Assembly (NCBI GenBank): GCA_964500725.1
Contig: CAZCNP010000002.1
Span: 197,347-261,346 of the forward strand
Direction: 5' to 3'
Source of the DNA: an uncultured Gammaproteobacteria bacterium
GTDB lineage: Bacteria; Patescibacteriota; Microgenomatia; Daviesbacterales; UBA10151
DNA length: 64,000 bases
Shown here: piece after piece, positions 1-9,780 of the stretch
Layout of the letters: each line of letters starts with the position of its first letter
Numbering within the stretch: position 1 is the first letter of the stretch
Made by a program: the position numbers and the translations under genes
Notes under the pieces: generated by a model
What the model was told of the DNA's origin: nothing
Seen by the model: only the letters and a program-made list of their open reading frames with translations
The model's database searches: none

Positions 1-1045
1 ATTCAGGATAAATAGGAATAGAAAAAATATCTTTACAGATACTTTCTGCTATAGGAAAATCTCCTTTGCGGTATTTCAGATAAGAATAAGCTGGTTGTAA
101 ATGCAGAGGGGTGGGATAATATATTGCAGAGTTAATGCCTTTTTCCATTAATAGGTTAATTATTAAATTGCGTTTTGAGTGACGCAATGTGTAGACGTAA
201 TATACGTGACTGCTATTTGGAAATTTAAAGGGGCGGATGTAAATATCAGAAAGCTTCTCCGAATAATATTTGGCAATTTGCTGTTTTTTCTGATTCCAGC
301 CATCAAGATATCGTAATTTTACCCGAAGTATTGCTGCTTGTAAGTTATCTAACCGGCCGTTATAGCCCACTATCTTGTGATTGTATTTTGAAACCCTGCC
401 GTGATCCCTTAATAAAGAAATATTTTTTGCAATTTTCGAGTTGTTAGTAACTACAGCGCCTCCATCTCCAAAACATCCGAGGTTCTTTGATGGGTAAAAA
501 CTAAAACAGGCAGCATCGCCCCAGGAGCCTACTTTTTTATTCTTATAAGCAGCTCCGTGTGCTTGTGCAGCATCCTCGATGATTTTTAATTTATACTTTC
601 TGGCTATTTCCCAGATTTCATTCATGTTGGTAATCTGTCCGTAAAGGTGAACTACTATAATTGCTTTTGTTTTTTTTGTGATTTTCTTGATAATTTGATT
701 TGAATCCAGATTGTAGGTTTTGGGATCGATGTCTCCAAATACGGGGATTGCACCCATATTTACAATTGCCGCCGCCGTTGCAGTAAAGGTAAGGGTAGGG
801 CAAATTACTTCGTCTCCGTTTTTAATCCCGATAGCTTTCAGTGCAAGTTCCAGGGCTGTACTACCGGAAGAAACGCCAAAGCAATATTTTGCGTCACAAT
901 AATCTGCAAATTCTTTTTCAAATAAATGCAGCTCCTTACCTAAAATGAAGTCGCTTTCCTCGATAACCCCTTTAATAGAATTATCAATTTCTTTTTTGAG
1001 TTTTTGATACTGCAATGGTAAATTCATTAAAGGAATTTGCAGCAT
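1..1045 (-). CDS. DegT/DnrJ/EryC1/StrS-family PLP-dependent sugar aminotransferase. The C-terminus runs off the window start, so the ORF is partial and absent from the ORF track.
   Basis: My own translation of the minus strand: ATG at 1045..1043 (MLQIPLMN...). Further in, the translation reads ...[41 protein letters not shown]... and, near position 1, ...[29 protein letters not shown] and YPSKNLG are hallmark motifs of the DegT aminotransferase family. Confidence 0.8.
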   Translation of the reverse strand, partial: MLQIPLMNLPLQYQKLKKEIDNSIKGVIEESDFILGKELHLFEKEFADYCDAKYCFGVSSGSTALELALKAIGIKNGDEVICPTLTFTATAAAIVNMGAIPVFGDIDPKTYNLDSNQIIKKITKKTKAIIVVHLYGQITNMNEIWEIARKYKLKIIEDAAQAHGAAYKNKKVGSWGDAACFSFYPSKNLGCFGDGGAVVTNNSKIAKNISLLRDHGRVSKYNHKIVGYNGRLDNLQAAILRVKLRYLDGWNQKKQQIAKYYSEKLSDIYIRPFKFPNSSHVYYVYTLRHSKRNLIINLLMEKGINSAIYYPTPLHLQPAYSYLKYRKGDFPIAESICKDIFSIPIYPE

Positions 1046-1075
1046 AAGGCTTATATATTATGAATAAGAAGTTAT

Positions 1076-2344
1076 TTAGTCAATAATGAGCTTAGCTACT
1101 TTTTCTCCCAGATCAACTGCATAGTTTGTTCCTCTGTCCCAGGGATATACCATATCTAAATTGGCAAGATAGATATTTTTGAGAGGTGTTTTAAATCCTG
1201 GAACCAGCGCTGAGTGTTTTAATCCAACTACGGGTTGAGCAAAGGGATTGATAAATTTGTGGATACTAATCAGATTATTTCTGAAATTGGGATTTATTTT
1301 TAGTAAATAATTACTAAATAAGTTTAAAAGCTGATTTTTGGTCATTTTTAAATAAGGATGATGCTCGGGTAAATAATTTCCGATATAAATTATATGCTGA
1401 TTATTATAATGGATTGGATCCATAAAATTTGTATGCTCTACAAGAACTAGGAAAGGAAAATTTTTTTCGGTAATGTTTAACCAGTAAGTATTCTTTAAAA
1501 AAGGCTTTTTCAATATTAGTATCAAATTTAATGCGTGTAGGTGTTTGATTGTGTTTATTTTTTTAACATACGATTGCGGAAGATTAGGTGTAATACCGGT
1601 AAAGATAGGCGAAGGAGAAGTACAGATGATTTTATCAAACTTAAATAAGCCTTGAGCTGTTTTAATTATACAATTTTTATCTAAAGAGCGAATCGATTTA
1701 ACTTCATGTTTAAGTAGGATTTTTCCTCCTAAGTTTTCTATCTCCTTGCTAATTTCTTCCGTGAAACTGTTGAATCCTTTCTCTGGATAAGCTAAATATG
1801 CTGTTCTTGTCTTAATCCTTGCCCAGAACCAGGAAAGAGAAATTGTATTTTTGTAAATGCCAAACTTTCCGGAGAATAGAGGTTCCCAGATTGATGCTGA
1901 TGCTTTGTTTCCCATCTGTTGCCTTATCCATTCTAATGCCAGTTTATCTTCTAACTTCTTATAATTTTTCAATAACTTTAGATAAGCTAGCGCAAAGCCA
2001 ACTCTGATGCGGGAAAATAATGGGACGTATGGAAAAAATAAAAGCGATAAGGCGCTATCTAACGGTAGGATCCGTTTATTTACTAGTATATTAGTATGAG
2101 GTTTTTTAATAATAACCTTATGTTTAAGTTCTTTTGCTAAGGCTAGTATATTGTCATCATTGGTAAACCAATGGTGATAGGTTTTTTCTAATGTCCAACT
2201 CCATTTTGGACCTCTCAAACCACTTGCCATGCCTCCCACAGCAGCTTCTTTTTCAAAAATATATACGCTATGACCCTTCTGTGCTAAACGAAGTCCTGCT
2301 GTTAGGCCAGTAAATCCTGCGCCTATAATAGCAATTTTCATCAA
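1076..2344 (-). CDS. FAD/NAD(P)-binding oxidoreductase (amine-oxidase / protoporphyrinogen-oxidase-like fold)
   Basis: N-terminal Rossmann dinucleotide-binding motif MKIAIIGAGFTGLTAGLRL..VYIFEKEAAVGGMASG; length 422 aa. The substrate cannot be determined from sequence alone. Confidence 0.55.
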   Translation of the reverse strand: MMKIAIIGAGFTGLTAGLRLAQKGHSVYIFEKEAAVGGMASGLRGPKWSWTLEKTYHHWFTNDDNILALAKELKHKVIIKKPHTNILVNKRILPLDSALSLLFFPYVPLFSRIRVGFALAYLKLLKNYKKLEDKLALEWIRQQMGNKASASIWEPLFSGKFGIYKNTISLSWFWARIKTRTAYLAYPEKGFNSFTEEISKEIENLGGKILLKHEVKSIRSLDKNCIIKTAQGLFKFDKIICTSPSPIFTGITPNLPQSYVKKINTIKHLHALNLILILKKPFLKNTYWLNITEKNFPFLVLVEHTNFMDPIHYNNQHIIYIGNYLPEHHPYLKMTKNQLLNLFSNYLLKINPNFRNNLISIHKFINPFAQPVVGLKHSALVPGFKTPLKNIYLANLDMVYPWDRGTNYAVDLGEKVAKLIID

Positions 2345-2469
2345 GTCATTTTAACAGATAACAAAACATGTTTTCACTATTGATTTTGGTCCGGTTTAAT
2401 CTAGAATATATACAAAATGAAAGATAAGGGTAAAAAGAATAGGCATGTTGAAGATAAAAGACTCAGCTT

Positions 2470-3897
2470 ATGAAAAACGCAAGAACGCCGCTTTGCTCGA
2501 TTATTATTCTAAACTATAATGGTGAGTTAATTATTAAGGAAGCGCTAGCTTCTTTGATGAGAATGAATTTTCCGAAAGATTTGTATGAAGTGATTGTTGT
2601 TGATAATGATTCTAAAGACAACAGTAAAGAGCTTATAGATAAATTCAAACAGAGACATTCAAATATAAAAACTATTTATTTATCGGAAAATTTGGGATTT
2701 TCCGGTGGTAACAATATAGGAATTAAGGCATCTTTGGGAAAATATGTATGTTTGTTAAATAACGACTGTATTGTTGAAAAGAATTGGTTAAGAGAGATAA
2801 TAAAGACTGCAGAGAAAGATCCAAAAATATTTGCTGTCAATTCAAAAATCTTGGTTTATCAAAGGTTTATGAACCTGAGATTAGCTTTAAATAATGCTTT
2901 TTCTCTTTTATTTATAATACTTACAAAATCCTACCTTCTTAATTTTTCCTCTGCAGATAAACCGTTTTTCTTAAATTTTTATAAGAAAAACGGTTTTTGT
3001 CAAGTTGATATTCCGTATGATCCGATAAACGACCGAGAAATAGAATTTAGTGTTTCGTTAAATATAAATAGAAATATAAGACTTAAGAAGGAAATGCTAA
3101 AAAATATTCTTAGTTTTCAAGAAAGTTGTGTAAGTATTATAGGAATTAAGAGAATTAAAGGAGAAATAGAATTTAATCTAAAAATTAACCTTTCAGGAGG
3201 ATTAAATAAACTTAATTCTTTAGACCAAATTCAGAATGCAGGAATTATGGTATTTCAAGATGGTTATGGAAGAGATATAGGGGCAATTGTTACTGGGGGA
3301 CGACAGCTCTATGAATATGATAAGGGGCAATATAACAAAGAAAAAGAAATTTATGCTGCTTGTGGCGCAGCTGTTTTATATAATAACAAGATTATAAAAG
3401 AGATAGGGTATTTAGATGAGTCTTTTTTTATGTATTATGAAGATGTAGAAATTTGCGAAAGAGCTAGAATGAGAGGTTATAAATCAGTTTATTGTCCCAA
3501 AGCAATTGTCAGGCACCTGCATGCTTTATCAAGTAAAGAAGGATCTCCTTTTTTCTTTTATCATGTTGAAAAAGGTAGGCTTCTTCATATATTCTATATT
3601 TTTCCTTTCAAAATATTTATACAAGAGTACTTCAAAATCGTACTAGCCTCCATGATGAGTTGTTTTGCAATAGTTTTAAAGATAAGAGAATTAATGCAAA
3701 GGTTTAAAAGGGATAAGATATATAATGATCGCCCTAAGTTTATAAGACGAATTCAGTTAGTTAAAGTCCTTTTATATTTCATCTGGAATTCCCCCCGCTT
3801 AATTCTTAATAGAATGAGAAAAAGAAAAATGATAAATAGAAATAAAAGAGATGTGAACTATTTAAACCTTTTGGAAGGGAGATGGTATTTCAAATGA
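2470..3897 (+). CDS. Family 2 glycosyltransferase (GT-A fold) with a roughly 110-aa low-complexity insertion and a C-terminal amphipathic or membrane tail
   Basis: N-terminal SIIILNYNG...VIVVDNDSKDNS...NLGFSGGNNIG and downstream DQIQNAGIMVFQD...YYEDVEICERARMRGYKSVYCPKAIVRHL are typical of GT2 rhamnosyl/glucosyl transferases. Confidence 0.75.
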   Translation: MKNARTPLCSIIILNYNGELIIKEALASLMRMNFPKDLYEVIVVDNDSKDNSKELIDKFKQRHSNIKTIYLSENLGFSGGNNIGIKASLGKYVCLLNNDCIVEKNWLREIIKTAEKDPKIFAVNSKILVYQRFMNLRLALNNAFSLLFIILTKSYLLNFSSADKPFFLNFYKKNGFCQVDIPYDPINDREIEFSVSLNINRNIRLKKEMLKNILSFQESCVSIIGIKRIKGEIEFNLKINLSGGLNKLNSLDQIQNAGIMVFQDGYGRDIGAIVTGGRQLYEYDKGQYNKEKEIYAACGAAVLYNNKIIKEIGYLDESFFMYYEDVEICERARMRGYKSVYCPKAIVRHLHALSSKEGSPFFFYHVEKGRLLHIFYIFPFKIFIQEYFKIVLASMMSCFAIVLKIRELMQRFKRDKIYNDRPKFIRRIQLVKVLLYFIWNSPRLILNRMRKRKMINRNKRDVNYLNLLEGRWYFK

Positions 3898-5468
3898 AGG
3901 CAGTTATTTATGATAAATGGTTGTCTTCTCTAGGGGGTGGCGAAGTGGTTGCTTGTAATATGGCCCAAGCATTAAGAAGAAAAGGGTATAAAGTTTTATT
4001 TGTCGCAGGTAAAAAAGTTTCCAAGTCGAATATTTTTGAAAAGTTGAAAGTTAACGTTTCCGGAATTGAATTTATAGAAATATGGAATGATGAGATTAAA
4101 TTAAAAAAAATAGTAGAAGGCTCTGATTTATTTATAAATACTACCTTTATGGATTATTCAAGAGGTTATGCTAAAAAGAATATTTATTACACTCATTTTC
4201 CCAATAAGTCTTACAATAATTTCAGAGGAATGATTTTTTCAAATTTAGTCTTACCTTTTGTAAAGAAATTTATAAAATCCTTCGAAGCAATTGATTCAGT
4301 AAACGCCCCGACTACGCTAAATAATAGTCCGATTTATTCTTTATCAGAATCTAATAAATATGCCATTTCTCAACTTACGCCAAGTAAAAAAGAGAAAATA
4401 GAATTTCTATTATTTATAGAATACTTTGACAAACAAGCTCTAGAAAATATTGTTATAGAATTAGAAAATGGACGTATTTTAAATAAAGCTGTGAGAATCG
4501 ATCATAATGGAAATACGATTCATTATGCTCTAGAAATATTGCCTAAATCGAATACAGTATACTTAATTATAAATATAGATTTTGATAATCTCAAAAACTA
4601 TAATTTGGAAAAAGGCTCTATCTATTTGCTATACCCAAAAATATATTTAAAACAGTTTTCTTCAGTATTCCTGGGAAACATGGTAGAGAGAATAAGAATT
4701 AAATTAAGAGCGGGAATATTTGTAGATTTAAAGGGAAGATTGAACACATATCAAAGGATAGTTACACATTCAGGATATGTTAAAAAATGGATTAGGAAAT
4801 ACTGGAATAAAGAACCTTTAGTATTATATCCTCCAGTGGACTTACTTTTTAAAAAATATAATCTTAAGATGCGCAAGAAGAAGAATTGGATTTGTTCCGT
4901 AGGAAGATTTTTTACATTAGGACATGGAAAAAAGCAAGAAGTCTTAGTAGAGGCATTTAAAAGATTTTATGATAAAACTAAGGATAAATGGGAGCTTCAT
5001 TTAGTTGGAGGACTGGGTGATGAATCTTCTAGTATTGCTTTTTTTAGATACCTAAGAGAGGTCTCTAAGGGTTATCCTATTTATTTCCATATTGATGCTT
5101 CGGCACATGAAGTAGAGGAGGTTTATTTAAAGTCTAAAATTTATTGGCATGCAACTGGTTTTGGAGAAAATCCTAATACTGAGCCTGTTAAATTCGAACA
5201 TTTTGGAATTGCGCCCATAGAGGCAATGAGTGCTGGTTGTATTCCAGTTCTGTACAATGGTGGGGGATTAAGGGAGATTATACAGATAACTGGTTTAAAT
5301 AGTGATAATCTTTTTATGTCGATTAATCATCTAGTAGAAAATACTATAAAATTTGCAAATGGTCAAAAAACGATTAACTGGGATAAATTGTTTAAGACTT
5401 TAGATAATAATTTTTCTTTAGATACCTTTAGACATAAATTTTTAACGATTGTAAAAGAATTAAAATAA
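3882..5468 (+). CDS. Family 4 (GT-B fold) glycosyltransferase
   Basis: The C-terminal motif EHFGIAPIEAMSAGCIPVLYNGGGLREII matches the GT4 E-x7-E nucleotide-sugar binding region. The start overlaps the upstream stop. Confidence 0.7.
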   Translation: MVFQMKAVIYDKWLSSLGGGEVVACNMAQALRRKGYKVLFVAGKKVSKSNIFEKLKVNVSGIEFIEIWNDEIKLKKIVEGSDLFINTTFMDYSRGYAKKNIYYTHFPNKSYNNFRGMIFSNLVLPFVKKFIKSFEAIDSVNAPTTLNNSPIYSLSESNKYAISQLTPSKKEKIEFLLFIEYFDKQALENIVIELENGRILNKAVRIDHNGNTIHYALEILPKSNTVYLIINIDFDNLKNYNLEKGSIYLLYPKIYLKQFSSVFLGNMVERIRIKLRAGIFVDLKGRLNTYQRIVTHSGYVKKWIRKYWNKEPLVLYPPVDLLFKKYNLKMRKKKNWICSVGRFFTLGHGKKQEVLVEAFKRFYDKTKDKWELHLVGGLGDESSSIAFFRYLREVSKGYPIYFHIDASAHEVEEVYLKSKIYWHATGFGENPNTEPVKFEHFGIAPIEAMSAGCIPVLYNGGGLREIIQITGLNSDNLFMSINHLVENTIKFANGQKTINWDKLFKTLDNNFSLDTFRHKFLTIVKELK

Positions 5469-5474
5469 GCAAGT

Positions 5475-7187
5475 CTAACTCTTTTTTATATAGTACAAAT
5501 CCTTATTAATTTTTTCTACTCCGCTTTCTGTAGCTATTGAATTTACAAAGTTATTGATGAAGGGTTGAAGTTCCTTGATAAAATAATATTTATTAAATTT
5601 TACCATATCAATTTTTCTTCCCTGCATTTCTTCAATAAAAGCCTTAACATTATTTTCCTTTATATATTTAGAGAGTATTGCTGAAAGAGTAAAATTCTCC
5701 GGTAAATCATAACCGCTGTAACCGTTAACCAGTAGGCATTCATGGTATGCAGAAGCCAGCACTAAGGTTGTTATATAGCTTAATCCTATGCGTATATTAG
5801 GAGCGGCATCGAAGTGAGTAAGGGGGAGTTCTATTAAAACTTTCTTTTCCTTTGAACAAATATTCCTTAGTAGTTGATAGTCAGGAGTGATGTAGGCGTT
5901 ATTAGTTGTTTTTAGGTTAAAAGGAATGTATTCTAAAGCAAAAATTATAAATACTAATAGAAAAGCCATTTTGTGATAGGACTTCTTTGTCAAGTTATTA
6001 AGAGATATGAGAGAGAAATAGGTAAGACCAAAAAAGAACAGAAAACTCCAGCGTATTATTACTCTGATTGCCTCAAATAACGGTATATATTTGAGCAGCA
6101 AGCCATATGGTAGCGGAATATTTGCATAATTACCGTTGAAGTTTAATCTTGGGCCTAAAGAAAATATTAATCCAGCAATTAATAAAATAAGGAAATAAGT
6201 TTTTTGCCTGTCCAGTTCAAGATTAATTAAAAGTGATTTTTTAGTCTTCTGCAGTTTAAATAATGCCAAAATTACCAAAGCAGAAATTAAGAAACCAGGA
6301 AACAGATTGCCTCCGGAATTATTAAATTTATTCCATGAGTTTATTAAAGAAGATCTATGGATGATTGAATTAACTGATCTGGTAAATAGATAATCGCTTA
6401 AATTTGCTGAATTAGTAATATATTCCTGCATGTCACGTTTTGCATGGTAAGTATTTCTCATATCTAGATACCCTTTAATAAATACGCCACTTGTTAGGAA
6501 AAAAACAAAGAAGATAATAAAGAATTTATATAGTATTGATTTTAGCTGTTTGAGTTCGACCGCTTTTAACAAATAAAAAATAAAAATAGAAAAAATTAAG
6601 AAAACTGCTGAATACACGTTAGCGAGGAATTGAATTGTTATACCCAAACCAATGAGTATAAGTATTCTTAGCTGAATTTCTTTTCCGGCTTCCTGTTTAA
6701 AAAGGAGATAGAGTGTTAGAAAAAAAGGCCAGTAGGAAAGATCCGGGAGGTGACCTAACTCAAGAAAGAAAAAGGGGGAAAAAATAAAAAATATACTTCC
6801 GCAGAAAGCAATCAAACTTTTTTTAAAAATTTGTTTCCAAAAAAGATATGCGGATGTGAAATTTAAAACAAAATTCAACAAAAATATGATATTGAAACTT
6901 AGAATTAATTTCTTGGTAAGGAAAAAAGGTAAAAGGCCTAAAATAGCTTGTGGTAAAGTAGTATCGGCAAATAATAAGGTATACTTATGGGGATAATATA
7001 TATTTGTATCAAAGAAATTATCAAAATTAAGATTAAGTATCTTGGTCATATTTTGATTTATCAGCCACACGGATGCCGGGTAGTCTGACCAATCTACTAA
7101 ATTAGTGGTAATATTTAAGAATAAGTCTCTGAAAACGATACCGAATAAGAGAAGAAAAAAGGCGAGAAAGATGAGGTATTTTTTCAC
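5475..7187 (-). CDS. Large polytopic membrane protein, putative GT-C-type glycosyltransferase (YfhO-like or DUF-type; family uncertain). Paralog of 7257..8990.
   Basis: Hydrophobic throughout. Shares conserved blocks with the divergent neighbour: LSDYLFTRSVNS vs LSDYIFPVRNHTS, and GPRLNFNGNYANIPLPYGLL vs GPRLNVNGSYLYIPLPYDLA. An Asp-rich first loop (FDNFFDTNIYYPH) is present. Confidence 0.45.
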   Translation of the reverse strand: MKKYLIFLAFFLLLFGIVFRDLFLNITTNLVDWSDYPASVWLINQNMTKILNLNFDNFFDTNIYYPHKYTLLFADTTLPQAILGLLPFFLTKKLILSFNIIFLLNFVLNFTSAYLFWKQIFKKSLIAFCGSIFFIFSPFFFLELGHLPDLSYWPFFLTLYLLFKQEAGKEIQLRILILIGLGITIQFLANVYSAVFLIFSIFIFYLLKAVELKQLKSILYKFFIIFFVFFLTSGVFIKGYLDMRNTYHAKRDMQEYITNSANLSDYLFTRSVNSIIHRSSLINSWNKFNNSGGNLFPGFLISALVILALFKLQKTKKSLLINLELDRQKTYFLILLIAGLIFSLGPRLNFNGNYANIPLPYGLLLKYIPLFEAIRVIIRWSFLFFFGLTYFSLISLNNLTKKSYHKMAFLLVFIIFALEYIPFNLKTTNNAYITPDYQLLRNICSKEKKVLIELPLTHFDAAPNIRIGLSYITTLVLASAYHECLLVNGYSGYDLPENFTLSAILSKYIKENNVKAFIEEMQGRKIDMVKFNKYYFIKELQPFINNFVNSIATESGVEKINKDLYYIKKS

Positions 7188-7256
7188 TCATTGAATTATA
7201 TGAAGGATATTTCAAGATTGCAAACTTTTACATTAAAAAGCAGAGCAAAATAAATT

Positions 7257-8990
7257 ATGTCGAAAATCAAAAGTATATTTTTAGCAATACCTATACTGCT
7301 GATAATTTTTTATTGGAAAAATACCTTACTTAATATGTCTGATCATCTATATGATTGGAATGATACTTTGTATTTCATTTGGCTGATTCAAAACCATATT
7401 CATAATTTGACAAACTTAAATATCGATCATCTTTTTGATGCGACTGCAATGTATCCATTTAGATACGCATTGTCTTTCGGAGAGCAGTTTTTCTTTCCTT
7501 CGCTAATAGCCCTGGTTGTAAGTCAGTTTAATCAAAACCCGATTTTTCAGTTAAATTTTTTGCTTGTTGTTAATCACATCTTAAATTTTATCTGTTTTTA
7601 TTTACTAGTTAGTTTATTTGTGAAGACTTTTTGGTCAAAAGTGATCTCAGCCTTTTATTTTTCATTTAGCCCTTATTTTTTTGCCCAGTTAGTGCATTTT
7701 CAAATGGTCTTTTTTTGGCCATTACTCCTCTCATTATTTTTCCTTTTTAAGGATAGAGACTTAGAAGATCACAGATTAAAGAATTTATTATTTTCCGGCA
7801 TTTTTCTTGGCATTCAATTTATGAGTAGTATATACCTTGGAACAATGGGGCTCCTGGCAATCATGTTATTTTTTGCAGTGCGGGTATTTTTTGAAAGAAA
7901 ATTTATTTCTTTGTTAAAACAAGCTCTGATTTTGTTAGTTGTATTCCTGCTTACAGCTGGAATTTCTATTTACGGATACATGCTGGCAAAAAACGAGTAC
8001 GGCGGAAAAAGAGAGCTGGGAGAATTCATAACTTATTCGGCTCATCTTAGTGATTATATTTTCCCGGTTAGGAATCACACGTCCTTTCTTTACCAAAGCC
8101 CATTAGTTGTCCGTTGGAATAGCTTTGATCATCATAACTTAGGGGAGAAAGCTGCTTTCATTGGTTTTCTCCCTCTGATTATAATTTTTTTCTATTTAAT
8201 AAAATATGATTGCGACAAAAAAACGTTAGCTTTTTTTATAAGATTAAACAAAGTTACTCTATTTTTGGTGTTACTAGGTTTATTAAGTTTTATTGCTTCG
8301 CTTGGTCCGCGTTTAAATGTTAACGGGTCATATCTTTATATTCCGCTACCCTATGATTTGGCTATAAAAGGTGTTTCCTTAATTGAATTTTTACGCGCCT
8401 TAGCAAGATGGTTTTCACTGGTTATGCTTGCAATGGCGATATTACTTGCTCTTGGGTTAGATAGCTTTTTTGATAACTTAACTAAAAAAATATCTTCAAA
8501 AAAGGTATTTGTCATCGGGTTTTTGATTTTTGGCTTATTTATATTAGAGTTTTACCCTAAGCCTTTGGAGGTTTCTAAGAAGGAGTGGTGGAACCAGGCA
8601 TATAGCTATATGAAAAATGAGCTATGCATTAAAGATAGCCCTGCAGTTTTAGAATATCCATTTGTTTATAGAAATATAGATGGGGGGTTGATTAAAGATC
8701 TGAATTACAAGATGGTTATACTCTTAGCTTCGACTCAACATAGCTGCAGAATCTTAAGCGGATTTTCCGGTTATGAGCCTTCTAGGTATATACAAATAAA
8801 ACAGCAGCTTGATAACGATGGTATCGACCAAAACGATTTAGCGCTTTTACGGAAGCTTGATTTTAAGTACATTAAACTAAATAAGTTTGCAATTTCAGAA
8901 GAAGAAAGAATCTCACTTGCAAAAGACTTAAGAGGTTTTGGTCTAAAGAATGTTTATAAAGATGGGGATGTTGATATCTATGCTTTATGA
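7257..8990 (+). CDS. Large polytopic membrane protein, putative GT-C-type glycosyltransferase. Paralog of 5475..7187.
   Basis: See 5475..7187. N-terminal loop motif NIDHLFDATAMYPF. Confidence 0.45.
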   Translation: MSKIKSIFLAIPILLIIFYWKNTLLNMSDHLYDWNDTLYFIWLIQNHIHNLTNLNIDHLFDATAMYPFRYALSFGEQFFFPSLIALVVSQFNQNPIFQLNFLLVVNHILNFICFYLLVSLFVKTFWSKVISAFYFSFSPYFFAQLVHFQMVFFWPLLLSLFFLFKDRDLEDHRLKNLLFSGIFLGIQFMSSIYLGTMGLLAIMLFFAVRVFFERKFISLLKQALILLVVFLLTAGISIYGYMLAKNEYGGKRELGEFITYSAHLSDYIFPVRNHTSFLYQSPLVVRWNSFDHHNLGEKAAFIGFLPLIIIFFYLIKYDCDKKTLAFFIRLNKVTLFLVLLGLLSFIASLGPRLNVNGSYLYIPLPYDLAIKGVSLIEFLRALARWFSLVMLAMAILLALGLDSFFDNLTKKISSKKVFVIGFLIFGLFILEFYPKPLEVSKKEWWNQAYSYMKNELCIKDSPAVLEYPFVYRNIDGGLIKDLNYKMVILLASTQHSCRILSGFSGYEPSRYIQIKQQLDNDGIDQNDLALLRKLDFKYIKLNKFAISEEERISLAKDLRGFGLKNVYKDGDVDIYAL

Positions 8991-8996
8991 AATCCG

Positions 8997-9728
8997 TTAA
9001 GAACTTAAGAGATTAAATTTTACTATCTCCCATACTGCTTTAATACCATCTCTCCAACCTATTTTTTTACCCTCTGAGTAAGTTCTACCGGAGTAAGAAA
9101 TTCCAACTTCGAAAAGCTTTAATTCTGGCATTTTTGATATTCTTGCTGTTATTTCTGGTTCGAAACCGAATCTTTCGCTTTGTAAATCATTGGCAATTTG
9201 TCTAATTAAGTCCCCCTTAAAAGCTTTATAGCCTGATTCCATATCTGTTAAATTTAGATTGGTTAACATATTGGAAAAAGTAGTTAAGAGTATATTAATT
9301 TGATAATGCCAAAAATAAAGGACTCGATGAGGTCTATTTGAAATAAATCTTGATCCATAGACCACATTAGCTTCGTATCTGATAAATGGTTCTAGAAGAA
9401 GATGATAATCATTTGGATCGTATTCTAAGTCAGCGTCTTGAATAAGCACAATATCTCCGGTAGAAATTTTTAGTCCTTCCTTTATTGCTGCGCCCTTTCC
9501 CTTATTCTTTATTTTAGATATAATTTTAATATCAATTTTTGGATATTTAGTGCTTAAAATCTTAACTGTTTTTTTAATAACGGTTTTGGTGCCATCTTCT
9601 GATGCATCGTCGATAATTATTATTTCCTTATTAAGATTTAGAGAATCAGCTGCGCAAACTTGCAGAAGTGTTTTTCCGATAAATTTTTCTTCGTTATAAA
9701 CAGGGATAATTATTGATAACCCTTTCAT
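8997..9728 (-). CDS. GT2 polyprenyl-phosphate sugar synthase (Dpm1/GtrB/ArnC-like)
   Basis: LSIIIPVYNEEKFIGKTL...IIIIDDASEDGT...GAAIKEGL...IVLIQDADLEYDP. This is the DXD-containing signature of dolichol/undecaprenyl-phosphate hexosyltransferases. The protein is short (243 aa) and soluble-type. Confidence 0.75.
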   Translation of the reverse strand: MKGLSIIIPVYNEEKFIGKTLLQVCAADSLNLNKEIIIIDDASEDGTKTVIKKTVKILSTKYPKIDIKIISKIKNKGKGAAIKEGLKISTGDIVLIQDADLEYDPNDYHLLLEPFIRYEANVVYGSRFISNRPHRVLYFWHYQINILLTTFSNMLTNLNLTDMESGYKAFKGDLIRQIANDLQSERFGFEPEITARISKMPELKLFEVGISYSGRTYSEGKKIGWRDGIKAVWEIVKFNLLSS

Positions 9729-9780
9729 AATTGTATTTTATACTGTTACATATAAGTAATTAAACTGGTAATATTAGCTA

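Noticed and set aside
618-902. Track ORFs 618..803(-) and 720..902(+)
   Set aside because: Both lie inside the DegT aminotransferase gene, which translates cleanly in another frame/strand with diagnostic motifs. They are alternative-frame artefacts.
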